NCBI GenBank assembly: GCA_041303035.1
Contig: JBFYPZ010000001.1
Location: forward strand, 1-44,737
Source of the DNA: Flavobacteriaceae bacterium
GTDB lineage: Bacteria > Bacteroidota > Bacteroidia > Flavobacteriales > Flavobacteriaceae
Direction of reading: 5' to 3'
DNA length: 44,737 nt
Made by a program: the position numbers and the translations under genes. Position 1 is the stretch's first letter; every line of letters starts with the position of its first letter. A model generated the notes under the pieces. It was not told where the DNA came from. It saw only the letters and a list, made by a program, of their open reading frames with translations, and searched no databases. Below, piece by piece: positions 8,945-19,036 of the stretch.

Positions 8945-9982
8945 ATGACAAAACCCAGGCATATTCTTGTTATCCGGCTTTCGGCAATGGGCGATGTAGC
9001 AATGACTGTTCCAGTGATCAGGGCGCTGGTCAGCCAAAATGAGGGAATAAAGATAACTCTTGTTTCGAGGCCGTTTTTAAAGCCCTTGTTCAATCAAATA
9101 CCCAATGTAGATTTTTTTCCGGCTGATGTTGATAAAGAGTACCGCGGTATTTTTGGTTTATACGGTTTATCAAAGCAGATAAACAAGTTAAGAATTGATG
9201 CGGTTGCTGATTTGCATGACGTACTGCGTTCAAAAATTATCAGAAAGTTTCTTTATTTTAATTGTCAGAAAATTGCGGTCATTGATAAAGGGCGCAGTGA
9301 AAAAAAAGCCCTGACCCGTTCAGAAAATAAAGTTTTCAAACAACTGCGGTCTGGGCATGAGCGTTATGCGGATGTGTTTCGTGAACTTGGCTTTTCAATC
9401 GATCTCAATGAGAAAGCAGCATGCCCGAAGGCCATTCTTCAAGGTGAAAAATTTCCAGACTTTCAGGCCTGGCGAAATATAGGTTATGCCCCCTATGCAC
9501 AATATGAAGGAAAGGTATATCCGCCTGATTTAACTGAAAAAGTAATAGCGGAATTAAGCAGTAATCCAAAAAACAGGGTCTATTTATTTGGTGGAGGTAA
9601 AAAGGAAAAAGAAAAACTTGAATTACTGGAGAAAAAATACCCCAATACCATTTCCTGTGCTGGAAAATTTACATTCACAGAGGAGCTGGCCCTCATTTCA
9701 AACCTGGATTGTATGATCAGTATGGATTCGGCCAATGCACATCTGGCAGCCATGTATGGCGTTAAAACCATAACGTTATGGGGTGCCACACATCCCTATG
9801 CAGGATTTTATCCCTTCAACCAGCCATTGGAATATGCTTTATTGCCTGATCTGAAAAAATATCCGAACATACCTTGCTCAATATACGGCAATAAAATATG
9901 CGAGGGCTATGAAGAAGCGATGAGAACGATAGCCGTAAAGGATGTTGTTGAATTGACAGAAAAAATACTCCGGTATAATTAA
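8945..9982 (+). CDS. Glycosyltransferase family 9 (heptosyltransferase-like)
   Basis: ILVIRLSAMGDV, DLH...RS, SMDSANAHLAA...TLWGAT. Upstream TATCTTTG at 8918-8925. Confidence 0.88.
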   Translation: MTKPRHILVIRLSAMGDVAMTVPVIRALVSQNEGIKITLVSRPFLKPLFNQIPNVDFFPADVDKEYRGIFGLYGLSKQINKLRIDAVADLHDVLRSKIIRKFLYFNCQKIAVIDKGRSEKKALTRSENKVFKQLRSGHERYADVFRELGFSIDLNEKAACPKAILQGEKFPDFQAWRNIGYAPYAQYEGKVYPPDLTEKVIAELSSNPKNRVYLFGGGKKEKEKLELLEKKYPNTISCAGKFTFTEELALISNLDCMISMDSANAHLAAMYGVKTITLWGATHPYAGFYPFNQPLEYALLPDLKKYPNIPCSIYGNKICEGYEEAMRTIAVKDVVELTEKILRYN

Positions 9983-10006
9983 ATTACCGGAGCATTGAAT
10001 AGGGTA

Positions 10007-10444
10007 TTAAAGTTCAGGAATTCTAAGTACCTGGCCAGGATAAATTTTATTAACATCTTTTAAAAGAGGTTGGTTTGCCTCAAAAATGATATTGTATTTC
10101 ATGGCATCACCATAATATTTTTTAGCGATCAAACTCAGTGATTCTCCGCCAGCTACCGTATGCATTTTGGCTTCCGGAGCCGGTACGGCGGTTGTCATTT
10201 TATCGTTGACGGTAGCAATACCCTGGGTGTTTCCAACAGCCAGCAATACCCTCTCGCGGGTTGCCTGATCAGCAGCAACGCCATAAACCGTAGCCGCGTC
10301 ACCATCAACAACGATATCCAAATCCTTTACGTCGAAACCATAGGCATTGACCGAATTGTAAAGTGAATTTGCTTTCGCCTTATTATCTGCAGTGGCATCT
10401 ACAACCTTTTCTCCAGAATCCTTTTTAAATGAAAAAAGTCCCAT
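10007..10444 (-). CDS. lysM: BON + LysM protein (Kbp/YgaU-like)
   Basis: MGLFSF start, LAVGN.QGI..V.D BON domain, LysM HTV..GESLS.IAK.YYG...IYPGQVLRIP. Confidence 0.9.
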   Translation of the reverse strand: MGLFSFKKDSGEKVVDATADNKAKANSLYNSVNAYGFDVKDLDIVVDGDAATVYGVAADQATRERVLLAVGNTQGIATVNDKMTTAVPAPEAKMHTVAGGESLSLIAKKYYGDAMKYNIIFEANQPLLKDVNKIYPGQVLRIPEL

Positions 10445-10575
10445 AATTATATGTTTTATGATTGATTAGTTAAAACCGTGAAATTACGAAAATATAATAC
10501 AATTTAAAAATGTCATTGCTTTGTTTTTTTATATAATTTCAGGAAGTAGTATCTTTAACAGGAAAAAAGAAAATT

Positions 10576-11226
10576 TTGAAAACGCACAATTTAAGCTTGT
10601 CAAACTCCCTAATACAGCATTTCGTAAGGGAATTAAGGGATATTCAAATTCAGAACTACGGCCTGCGCTTTAGAAGAAATCTCGAAAGGATCGGTGAAAT
10701 ACTGGCCTATGAAATGAGCAGGGAGTTAAACTACCACACAGAAATTATCGAAACACCATTGGGTAAGAAACCGATGGACCTCATTCAGGACAGGTTGGTT
10801 CTCTGCTCGGTTTTAAGGGCAGGAATACCCTTACACCAGGGGATATTGAACTATTTCGACTGGATTGAGAACGCCTTTATTTCTGCGTACAGACTGCATA
10901 CCTCTGAAGAGGAATTTTCTATTAAAGTGGAATATCTGGCAGCGCCGGAGCTGAATGGGAAAATTCTGATCCTTGCGGATCCGATGCTGGCAACGGGGAA
11001 ATCACTGGTCAGTGTGCTGGAAGTATTAAAAACCCATGGTACTCCTGACAGGATCCATATTATTTCGGTTATTGCAACTCCGGAAGGGATTGATTACGTA
11101 AGTAAAAATTTTCCTGAAAACACCCACTTATGGATTGCCGCTCTGGATCCGGAACTCAATCATCACGGCTACATCGTTCCCGGACTCGGAGATGCCGGAG
11201 ATCTTTCCTTTGGACCTAAACTTTAA
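10576..11226 (+). CDS. upp: Uracil phosphoribosyltransferase
   Basis: VLRAG, DPMLATG, GYIVPGLGDAGD. TTG start. Confidence 0.92.
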   Translation: MKTHNLSLSNSLIQHFVRELRDIQIQNYGLRFRRNLERIGEILAYEMSRELNYHTEIIETPLGKKPMDLIQDRLVLCSVLRAGIPLHQGILNYFDWIENAFISAYRLHTSEEEFSIKVEYLAAPELNGKILILADPMLATGKSLVSVLEVLKTHGTPDRIHIISVIATPEGIDYVSKNFPENTHLWIAALDPELNHHGYIVPGLGDAGDLSFGPKL

Positions 11227-12152
11227 TAGTAAAAAAACACACTAATCGAAAGACATAAAAAAAGCACCATGACCAGTTCTTTGAACCAGCGGTCTTCTAT
11301 GGTTTGGATATAACTTGTAAAGATGATCGAGAAAGGGAAGAAAAAGAAAAGATATTCTGACCCGTTCTTTAATGGTGCTGCCAATCCGATAAGAATTGCC
11401 AGAATTAAATGAAGTAACAATAAATTGTACAGGGCTTTGTATTTCTTTTTAGATTTTAAAGCCTTGCGCAGGGTAGGATATATTGCCCAGCCGGTGAAAA
11501 CCAGTAAGACAGAAATTGGAATTAAAAGTTTAATATTGTTGTAATTTCTGAAATCAAAGCTTCTTTGAAAATCCCATAACTGGTAGTACAAGTCTGTTTT
11601 GTCTATGGCAAAAAGAAAGGTAAAATAAAGAAAGAGCGGAGTAAAAAAACCGATGAATACAATAAAGAAATGGTTCCACCGGGATTTGTCGAAAAGGATT
11701 ATGGCCGCAAATTCAAGAATTAAAAAGAACAGACTGTAATTGTAGAAGATGGTAGCTATACCTATCCAGAATCCTGCATCGTATATTTTGTTTTTTGTAT
11801 TCAGACTGGTCCGCAAACTATAGATCCGCCTGTAGGAGAAAAACAAAAAGAAATTGCTCAGCAAGATATTGTATTGAACAATGCTTTTGGGAAATATGGC
11901 AAAGAGCAAAATAAATAAAAATAAGGCATAGGTATTATTTTTGGTCAAACCATTTTTTCTGGTTAAGAAGTTGTGAAGGAAAACCAGCAGCAAAAACAGA
12001 AAAAAGTTCAAAATGATTCTGTAAACAACGGGTTTATTGCCATCCGCATAAACATCCAGATAAAGGGCTTCAACAAAAATGATCAAGCTCGCAATGGTAA
12101 GAATCAAAAAATTAATTGGCTTTGATTGATTAAAAAAATTGGCAATAATCAT
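11223..12152 (-). CDS. Conserved polytopic membrane protein (DUF6427-like)
   Basis: Many hydrophobic segments. Position next to upp is typical of flavobacteria, from recall. Confidence 0.7.
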   Translation of the reverse strand: MIIANFFNQSKPINFLILTIASLIIFVEALYLDVYADGNKPVVYRIILNFFLFLLLVFLHNFLTRKNGLTKNNTYALFLFILLFAIFPKSIVQYNILLSNFFLFFSYRRIYSLRTSLNTKNKIYDAGFWIGIATIFYNYSLFFLILEFAAIILFDKSRWNHFFIVFIGFFTPLFLYFTFLFAIDKTDLYYQLWDFQRSFDFRNYNNIKLLIPISVLLVFTGWAIYPTLRKALKSKKKYKALYNLLLLHLILAILIGLAAPLKNGSEYLFFFFPFSIIFTSYIQTIEDRWFKELVMVLFLCLSISVFFYY

Positions 12153-12284
12153 GTTATTTCATATTTTTGCGAAACTAAATTCCTGAGTAAGGCAGGACTT
12201 AGCCAATTTGAACTAGGAATTTTAGCGAAAGTAAAAAACTTTATAATAAAAGCACAACGCTTTACAGTTTAAAATCAGAAAATT

Positions 12285-12482
12285 ATGGTTGCATTAAATA
12301 TCTTCAGATGGTTGGGTGATTTTTTCACAAATGTACTCTTTGTGCCGTATAAATTTTTTAGCTCTCTGGATAACTGGTGGATCTCAAATACCTTTAATTT
12401 TATATTGATTTCAGCCATTGGTCTCTTATTTGTTTACTGGCTGGCTCAGTTACAAAAATTCAAAAAAACCTCGACGGAATAG
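12285..12482 (+). CDS. Small membrane protein (DUF6341-like)
   Basis: 65 aa with NWW.SN..N.I motif and one TM helix. Confidence 0.7.
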   Translation: MVALNIFRWLGDFFTNVLFVPYKFFSSLDNWWISNTFNFILISAIGLLFVYWLAQLQKFKKTSTE

Positions 12483-12504
12483 TTTTTAACCTTAAGCACA
12501 ACTA

Positions 12505-13182
12505 TTGGGCAGCAAGAATAAATTAAAACGTTTTGAGGAGAATAAAACCTTCGGAAACGTACTTCAGCCTACTCGTGAAGAACTCCTGACTTCATTTAAC
12601 CTGAAAGGAAACTGGCACAGCCTGTTTAAAAACAACAACCCTGTAGTATTAGAACTGGGCTGCGGCAAAGGGGAATATACCGTATCACTGGCCAAATTGC
12701 ATCCTGAGAGGAATTTTATCGGGATTGATATCAAAGGAGCCAGGTTCTGGAGGGGGGCAAAAACAGCTCTGTCAGAAAACCTGGAAAATGTATTTTTTCT
12801 GCGTGCACAAATAGAACTGATCGAAAAAATTTTTGCACCCGGTGAGGTTGCAGAAATCTGGATTACTTTTCCTGACCCGCAGATCAAATTCAAAAGAACC
12901 AAACACAGACTTGTGAATACCGATTTTCTCCGATTGTATCAAAAAATTTTAACAGAGAACGGCTTTGTTCATTTAAAAACGGACAGCGAATTTTTACATG
13001 GCTACCTGCTCGGCATTTTGCATGAAGGAAAACACGAAATCATGTATGCGCATCACAATATTTACAATAGTTCAAGTGCTCCCGCCGAGGTCACGGCCGT
13101 ACAAACGTTTTACGAGCAACAGTATTTAAGTAAGAACAAGCCCATTACCTATATTCGGTTCAGAACAAAATATACTTTGTAA
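12505..13182 (+). CDS. trmB: tRNA (guanine-N7)-methyltransferase
   Basis: LELGCGKGE, GIDIKGAR, WITFPDPQ, HLKTDS. Confidence 0.93.
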   Translation: MGSKNKLKRFEENKTFGNVLQPTREELLTSFNLKGNWHSLFKNNNPVVLELGCGKGEYTVSLAKLHPERNFIGIDIKGARFWRGAKTALSENLENVFFLRAQIELIEKIFAPGEVAEIWITFPDPQIKFKRTKHRLVNTDFLRLYQKILTENGFVHLKTDSEFLHGYLLGILHEGKHEIMYAHHNIYNSSSAPAEVTAVQTFYEQQYLSKNKPITYIRFRTKYTL

Positions 13183-13184
13183 AG

Positions 13185-13517
13185 ATGGATAGTGAGATCT
13201 CATTCTTTGAAAAAGTGTACCATATCACCAGACAGATCCCATATGGCAGGTTTACTACCTATGGCGCGATTGCCAATTACCTGGGCACACCGCGATCTGC
13301 CAGAATGGTTGGCTGGGCTTTGAATAATTCCCATCAGGCTACCGATATACCTGCCCACCGGGTGGTTAACCGGATTGGCGTTCTAAGCGGCAAACACCAT
13401 TTTCAGGGAAGCAATCTGATGGCCCAGCTGCTGGAAAGTGAGGGGATTGAAGTAAGGGATGATAAAATTGTCGATTTCGGCAAATATTTTTGGGATCCGG
13501 GCCTGATTACCAATTAA
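13185..13517 (+). CDS. Alkyltransferase-like (MGMT/ATL family) protein
   Basis: IPYG..TTYG.IA, ARMVGWAL. PAHRV in place of the catalytic PCHRV. Confidence 0.88.
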   Translation: MDSEISFFEKVYHITRQIPYGRFTTYGAIANYLGTPRSARMVGWALNNSHQATDIPAHRVVNRIGVLSGKHHFQGSNLMAQLLESEGIEVRDDKIVDFGKYFWDPGLITN

Positions 13518-13616
13518 TTTCTGACTCCTTCTGAATTAAACTATTCACAAAAAAAAATGGCTATTCAATAATTGTTTTTTATATTTGCATATCTTTGCAC
13601 AAATTGAATCAACATT

Positions 13617-14483
13617 ATGAGGAAACTTATACCAAATCTATTATTTATATTCCTTTTCTTTCTTGGTGTCAAAACATTTGCGCAGTCAAATTTTAGCCAC
13701 GAAGCAGGGGTTATGTTCGGTGTGACTTCCTTTCAGTCAGATTTTGGCGAAAGCGATGACTTTCCAAGTGCGAATGCTGCCACTATGGGTTTTGGATTGG
13801 TGTATTATCTGAATTTTTTCGGTAACGAGTACAACTGGAGAACCGGTACGAGCTATTTCTCAGAGCATTTTAAGCTCAAGGCAGAATTCATGTATACCAG
13901 CAAAACAAATATCAGGCACGAGCCCTGGGTAGGACTTGATGAACAGGGTGACTTTTATGCAAAATTAGACGCGATGCGCGGCAATATTGATTTGTACAAT
14001 ATTGGCACGCAGATGGAGTTTTACTTCTTTACAATTGAAGATTACAGCGCTTTTTTTGAGGAAAAGGGGAAAATCAATCCCTATATCAGCGCCGGCGTTC
14101 ACTTCAGTATGTATGATCCTAAAGTCACGTCAACCCTGAACCCTTATAATGGAGGAGGTCTTGTAGAAATAGGTACTGTGGAAGAAGATATTGAGCCTTA
14201 TCGTTACCTTTTGGGTAACCCGGACTCTCCCGATAAAGAAGATTGGAAATGGACCAGAGAGGCCGTTTATAATGATGCGGGCTCTTCATTTGGAGTTTCT
14301 TTCGGTGGTGGTGTGCGCTATTCCTTGAATTATGTGGACATGGTTCTTGATGCCCGCTGGCAGCATTTCTTCTCCGACAAAGTTGACGGACTGGCAGCAG
14401 ATCACGATCCCGGTAACAAATATAATGACACGATGATCTTTGTCAATCTGGGTATAGTATACAAGTTTAAACCCCGTTATTGA
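13617..14483 (+). CDS. Outer-membrane beta-barrel protein (THC0290_0291-like)
   Basis: Signal peptide, FSHE.G...G..SFQSDFGE, YFSEHFKL, FFSDKVDGL, terminal amphipathic strand. Upstream TATCTTTG at 13590-13597. Confidence 0.72.
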   Translation: MRKLIPNLLFIFLFFLGVKTFAQSNFSHEAGVMFGVTSFQSDFGESDDFPSANAATMGFGLVYYLNFFGNEYNWRTGTSYFSEHFKLKAEFMYTSKTNIRHEPWVGLDEQGDFYAKLDAMRGNIDLYNIGTQMEFYFFTIEDYSAFFEEKGKINPYISAGVHFSMYDPKVTSTLNPYNGGGLVEIGTVEEDIEPYRYLLGNPDSPDKEDWKWTREAVYNDAGSSFGVSFGGGVRYSLNYVDMVLDARWQHFFSDKVDGLAADHDPGNKYNDTMIFVNLGIVYKFKPRY

Positions 14484-14488
14484 TTTAA

Positions 14489-14660
14489 CCCAGATTACGC
14501 AATAGAAATTTATTCCAAGTACAAACTGCTTCAAAAATAAGCACTTACTCCTATTTTTGATATTGAAATAATTCATTATTCCTTCATCAAAAAAAGTCCG
14601 TGAGCACTTATTTTCATTGCATTTTGTACTTTCATAACGAAGTCTATTGCGTAATCTGGG
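14489..14660. mobile_element. MITE (non-autonomous IS derivative), 172 bp
   Basis: Perfect 18-bp TIR CCCAGATTACGCAATAGA / TCTATTGCGTAATCTGGG with imperfect extension inward. Flanked by direct repeat TTTAA (14484-14488 and 14661-14665). Confidence 0.85.
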
Positions 14661-14671
14661 TTTAAAGATTT

Positions 14672-15811
14672 TTACTTCAATGCATTGTTGAGATCTGCAA
14701 TAAGATCTTCTGCATCTTCAATTCCTACGCTTAAACGAATCAGTGATGGCACTATACCTATGCTTATTCTTTCTTTTTCAGAAAGAGAGGCATGGGTCAT
14801 GGAGGCCGGATGACCGCAAAGCGATTCAACACCTCCCAAAGATTCTGCCAGGGTGAATATCCTGAGCTTTTGAATCACTTCGCTGGTTCGTTGAAGGTTG
14901 CTATTCAACAAACTAAAAGATACCATCCCGCCGAAATCCTTCATCTGCGCCTCGGCGATCTGATGGTTCGGATGGTCCTCAAAACCGGGCCAGTACACCT
15001 TGTCAACCTTGTTATGGGCTCTTAAAAAAGCTGCAATTTTTGAAGCATTCTCACAATGTCGCTGCATTCTGACATGGAGCGTTTTTATCCCTCTCAAGGC
15101 CAGAAAACTGTCCATGGGTCCGCAAATGGCACCACAGGCATTTTGAATGTAATATAGTTTTTTTGCCAGGTCTTCATCGTTTAATACCACACAGCCCAAA
15201 ACAATATCAGAATGACCTCCCAGATATTTGGTTGCTGAATGAACCACAATATCAGCCCCCAGAGGCAAAGGGTTTTGCAGGTAGGGAGAGGAAAAGGTAT
15301 TGTCTACAACAAAGATCAGCTTGTGTTTTTTGGAAAAAATTCCGATTGTCTTGATATCAACAATATTCAAAAGAGGATTGGTTGGTGTTTCCGCCCAGAT
15401 CATCCTGGTTTTGGGGCAAATCAGGGAACGTATTACGGTAAGATCATTTAAGTCGGTAAAATGAAATTTGATCTGGTATCTTTCCCAGATATTTTTGAAT
15501 AAGCGATAAGTACCTCCATAGAGTTCTTTACCTGCAATGACCTCATCTCCGGGTGACAGCAATCTGATTACGGCATCTATAGCTGCCAGGCCAGAACCGA
15601 AGGCCAGTCCGAATTGCCCGTATTCCAGTGCAGCCACAGCTTTTTCAAGAGCTGTTCTGGTAGGGTTCGAAGTGCGGGAATAGCCATATTCGCCATGTGT
15701 TAGCAGAGAGGGCTGCCTGTATGTTGAGGTTTGATATATCGGAACCATTATGGCACCGATGCTTTTGTCGGGATTGTGATCGCCATGAACGGCCTTGGTG
15801 TTAAACTTCAT
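14672..15811 (-). CDS. Cystathionine gamma-synthase/lyase family PLP enzyme
   Basis: PIYQTSTY, YSRTSNPTR, ETPTNP, HSATKYLGGHSD, AESLGGVESL. Confidence 0.92.
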   Translation of the reverse strand: MKFNTKAVHGDHNPDKSIGAIMVPIYQTSTYRQPSLLTHGEYGYSRTSNPTRTALEKAVAALEYGQFGLAFGSGLAAIDAVIRLLSPGDEVIAGKELYGGTYRLFKNIWERYQIKFHFTDLNDLTVIRSLICPKTRMIWAETPTNPLLNIVDIKTIGIFSKKHKLIFVVDNTFSSPYLQNPLPLGADIVVHSATKYLGGHSDIVLGCVVLNDEDLAKKLYYIQNACGAICGPMDSFLALRGIKTLHVRMQRHCENASKIAAFLRAHNKVDKVYWPGFEDHPNHQIAEAQMKDFGGMVSFSLLNSNLQRTSEVIQKLRIFTLAESLGGVESLCGHPASMTHASLSEKERISIGIVPSLIRLSVGIEDAEDLIADLNNALK

Positions 15812-16269
15812 GATACCAATTTTTTAAGAGACCGCAGTACACCCAGATGTATGCCTTCATGAAAGCAGTTGAAAAGCAAGGCATCATCTACATTATTTAA
15901 AACAATACCGGTGCTTGTAGTGTAGTTCTGGTATTTTTTAAACAGTTTATCCTTATAATCCTGTCGGGTTTTAAGAACAGTGCCTTCGAGAAGGTTTTTC
16001 AGCATTTCAATTTGTTCTGCACTCTCTTTTATTTCTGGTTTGGTCCCTTTTGCAAAGAGCGGTACCAGGTTTTCGTCTATTTTCAGAGGCAGCCCTGAAA
16101 GCTTATATACCAGCAGTTGTTCTGTTACCAACACATGTCCGATATTCCATAAAATCGAGTTGTTAAAATTATTTGGAATGAAATTGACCTGTTCCTCCGT
16201 TAAATTATCCAGCAGGGAGAACATGGTTTTCCTGTTAAAAAGAACAGTCTCAAAAATTTTATCTGTCAT
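15808..16269 (-). CDS. DinB-family protein
   Basis: NNSILWNIGH and FN.FHEGIH.G metal-binding pattern. Confidence 0.85.
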   Translation of the reverse strand: MTDKIFETVLFNRKTMFSLLDNLTEEQVNFIPNNFNNSILWNIGHVLVTEQLLVYKLSGLPLKIDENLVPLFAKGTKPEIKESAEQIEMLKNLLEGTVLKTRQDYKDKLFKKYQNYTTSTGIVLNNVDDALLFNCFHEGIHLGVLRSLKKLVS

Positions 16270-16318
16270 ACATATTCATTTTCATAAAAATAGTTAATTT
16301 ACACAAAACCGAAGTACC

Positions 16319-16675
16319 ATGAAAAAAATATATTATCTGAAAACCTGCGATACCTGTAAAAAAATCCTCCGCACTTTACAATTGGACGGTTTCGTGTTGC
16401 AGGATATAAAAACCCAGCCTATCACAGTAAAACAACTTGAAGAAATGCGCTCAAAAGCGGGATCCTATGAGGCATTGTTCAGCAAGCTGGCCAAGAAATA
16501 CAAGGAACTCGGTTTAAAAAATGAAAAACTTTGTGAGGATGAACTGAAACAGTTTATTTTAGAAGATTACACTTTCTTAAAAAGACCGGTCATTTTGGTC
16601 AATGAAAGTATATTCATTGGTCATTCCAGGAAAAATTTGGAGGAATTAAGTAAAGTGATGGAAGGCTTCCATTAA
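16319..16675 (+). CDS. ArsC/Spx-family protein
   Basis: YYLKTCDTCKK and FLKRPV. Confidence 0.85.
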   Translation: MKKIYYLKTCDTCKKILRTLQLDGFVLQDIKTQPITVKQLEEMRSKAGSYEALFSKLAKKYKELGLKNEKLCEDELKQFILEDYTFLKRPVILVNESIFIGHSRKNLEELSKVMEGFH

Positions 16676-16708
16676 TTTACTAACTTTACTCCATTCAATT
16701 CTTACAAC

Positions 16709-18424
16709 ATGCTTAAGAAACTGATTTTTCTGTTTATTGCGCTGGTTTTGATCCTACTTGTGCTGGCGGCCATCTTTGTCCCGGGGCTGGTAGAGAGTAA
16801 GCTGAAAGATGCCATCCTCAATAACAATTCCAGTGAATACAAAAATTCAGTCGGAGAAATAGACTTTGACCTGCTGACCAGGACTTTATCGGTTAAAGAT
16901 TTAAAAATTGTCCCAACGGAGAAGGCAATCTCTGAACTTAAAAAGAGAACCGAAGGGAAAAAAGCCATTTTTGAGATAGCTTTGGGCGATATCTCTGTAA
17001 AAAATATCAAGTTTATCGAGCTGATTCGGAATAAAAAAGTTTTGATCAATGAAATCAGTTTGGATAATCTGGCCATCCATGTTTTAAAGAATGAGAAAGT
17101 AAAAAGCCCGGAGGGAGAAGGAGGAAAGCAGTTTCATCCTGACTCAATCGTTCTGAAGAATTTGAACGGCATTGAAATCAGGCAGATCAGTGTGCGCAAC
17201 CTGAAGTATCAGGTTCAGGACGCTGTCAAGTCTGATACGCTTTTTAAGCTGGATTCACTTAGTTTTCAGCTTGACGGGTTTATAGTAAAAAAGAAGGAGG
17301 ACAATTTCTTCGCATTGCGGTCCTTGTCAGAGAATTTCATTATTGAAGATATCAATATGAAAATGCCGGAGAAGGACATGGTAATTAGCCTGGCGGCGCT
17401 TAAAATCAATTTCTTTAAAAAAAGTTTGGAGATTGATAGTTTTCAAATGAAACCAACTATCAGCAAGGTCGCCATGGCTGCAAAATTCAAATATAATAAG
17501 GCGATTACCGAATTGAGTGTAAAGAAACTGGCCTTGGTTGATTTTAACTTCCGGAAGGCAATCGGTCATCAGGGAATATATATTGATAGTATTTCAGTAG
17601 ATGGTTTGCGTGTTGAAATGTATAAGGATAAAACAAAACCGTATGACATGAGCTTATACAAAGTTCTGCCTCACATTAATCTGAAAAAAACTAATGCAAT
17701 CATTGACATCAAGAAAGTACATGTAAGTAATTCCTATTTGCTGTATGAACAAAGAAATCCCGACTCAAAACTACTGATGAAGGTCTTACTGGCAGATATA
17801 AATGCAGATTTCTACAACATAAGCTCCATAGCAGCGCATAGAAAAACGCCTATGCAGGCAAGGCTGAGTACAAAGTTTATGGGAAGAGCGCCGTTAAAGG
17901 TCTTCTTTAAATTTAACCTGGATGATAACAATAACAATTTTTCTTTTGCAGGGACCCTGGGCTCAACGCCCTTTAAGTATTTTGACGAAATACTATATCC
18001 TCTGGCAGGTTTAAAAGTTTTCGCCGGACAACTGGATAAATTGACCTTCGAGGCCACAGCAAATGAATATCGATCGCAGGGCACGATGACCATGCTTTAC
18101 CATGATCTTGAGGCAACCGTTTATAAAAAGGGCCATGTTGATGAAGAAGCAAAGATGTTAAGCTGGTTGATAAACAGTGTTGTTCATAAAACCAATCCTG
18201 ATAAAAAGGGAATCAGAACAGTGCCTATGAAATATGAACACCTTCCTTACACAAGTATAGCCACCTATATGGTAAAGACATTGCTCATGGGCATCGCCTA
18301 CACTTTATCACCGGAAGGCATGCACTTGAAGGAAAAACTGGAAACAAGGCAGGAAAAAAAGGAAATAAAGCAAAAAAAGAAAGCAGAAAAAAAGGAGAAA
18401 AAGAATAAATCCAAAAAAAACTAA
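16709..18424 (+). CDS. AsmA/DUF748-like membrane-anchored protein with Lys-rich tail
   Basis: N-terminal TM anchor, long amphipathic beta-strand repeats, C-terminal KKEIKQKKKAEKKEKKNKSKKN. Confidence 0.6.
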   Translation: MLKKLIFLFIALVLILLVLAAIFVPGLVESKLKDAILNNNSSEYKNSVGEIDFDLLTRTLSVKDLKIVPTEKAISELKKRTEGKKAIFEIALGDISVKNIKFIELIRNKKVLINEISLDNLAIHVLKNEKVKSPEGEGGKQFHPDSIVLKNLNGIEIRQISVRNLKYQVQDAVKSDTLFKLDSLSFQLDGFIVKKKEDNFFALRSLSENFIIEDINMKMPEKDMVISLAALKINFFKKSLEIDSFQMKPTISKVAMAAKFKYNKAITELSVKKLALVDFNFRKAIGHQGIYIDSISVDGLRVEMYKDKTKPYDMSLYKVLPHINLKKTNAIIDIKKVHVSNSYLLYEQRNPDSKLLMKVLLADINADFYNISSIAAHRKTPMQARLSTKFMGRAPLKVFFKFNLDDNNNNFSFAGTLGSTPFKYFDEILYPLAGLKVFAGQLDKLTFEATANEYRSQGTMTMLYHDLEATVYKKGHVDEEAKMLSWLINSVVHKTNPDKKGIRTVPMKYEHLPYTSIATYMVKTLLMGIAYTLSPEGMHLKEKLETRQEKKEIKQKKKAEKKEKKNKSKKN

Positions 18425-19029
18425 TCCGGCTTTTTATATAGCATGGGATTCAAAGCTTCATCATTATACATTTTCATTTGCTTGTAAACCTTCATGTATT
18501 TCTTTCCTGTAGAAATATCTTTTAACAGGTCATCAATTGCACCGGAAAGATCTTCTCTTTGCTGGTTAAGAATAATGAGTTTGTTATTACAAGCCAGTTT
18601 GTGACTTTCGCTTGCATCAGTTCTGCCCGCTTCTTCAGCCATGTGATAGATCTTTAATGCCAGAATAGACAACCTGTCAATAGCCCAGGCCGGACTTTCG
18701 GTATTGATGGTAGCACCGTGGAGTACAGTAATACCTTTGTACAATTGCAAAAAGTAACTGTCGATGTATTCAACCATATCCGTTCTGTCCTGGTTGGAAG
18801 CATCAATTTTTCTTTTCAGTTGCAAAGCCTCTACCGGATCTATATCCGGTATTCTGATTATGTCTTCATAATGCCATTGCACGGTATCGATCCAGCATTT
18901 TCTGTAGAGCAGATGTTCCAAAATATCTTCTTTTGGAAAAGGGTTCTCAAAAGGCTGATCCACTTTGTCTATCCGGTGATATTTCTCAATGACGTTGTCA
19001 AAAAGCTGGTTGTACTGGTGAGCGTTCAT
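18421..19029 (-). CDS. DUF4254-like protein
   Basis: WIDTVQWHYED.IR, KRKIDASNQDR, TESPAWAIDRLSILALKIYHM. Confidence 0.8.
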   Translation of the reverse strand: MNAHQYNQLFDNVIEKYHRIDKVDQPFENPFPKEDILEHLLYRKCWIDTVQWHYEDIIRIPDIDPVEALQLKRKIDASNQDRTDMVEYIDSYFLQLYKGITVLHGATINTESPAWAIDRLSILALKIYHMAEEAGRTDASESHKLACNNKLIILNQQREDLSGAIDDLLKDISTGKKYMKVYKQMKMYNDEALNPMLYKKPD

Positions 19030-19036
19030 ACTTGAT

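Noticed and set aside
13185-13517. MGMT homologue lacking the catalytic Cys as a possible pseudogene or novelty
   Set aside because: Non-catalytic alkyltransferase-like proteins are an established family, and the ORF is intact.
14286-14576. 96-aa ORF starting inside the MITE
   Set aside because: Antisense to the beta-barrel gene with no transposase motifs.
18340-18424. A-rich tract as a possible repeat or phase-variable site
   Set aside because: Explained by the Lys/Glu-rich C-terminal tail. The frame is intact.
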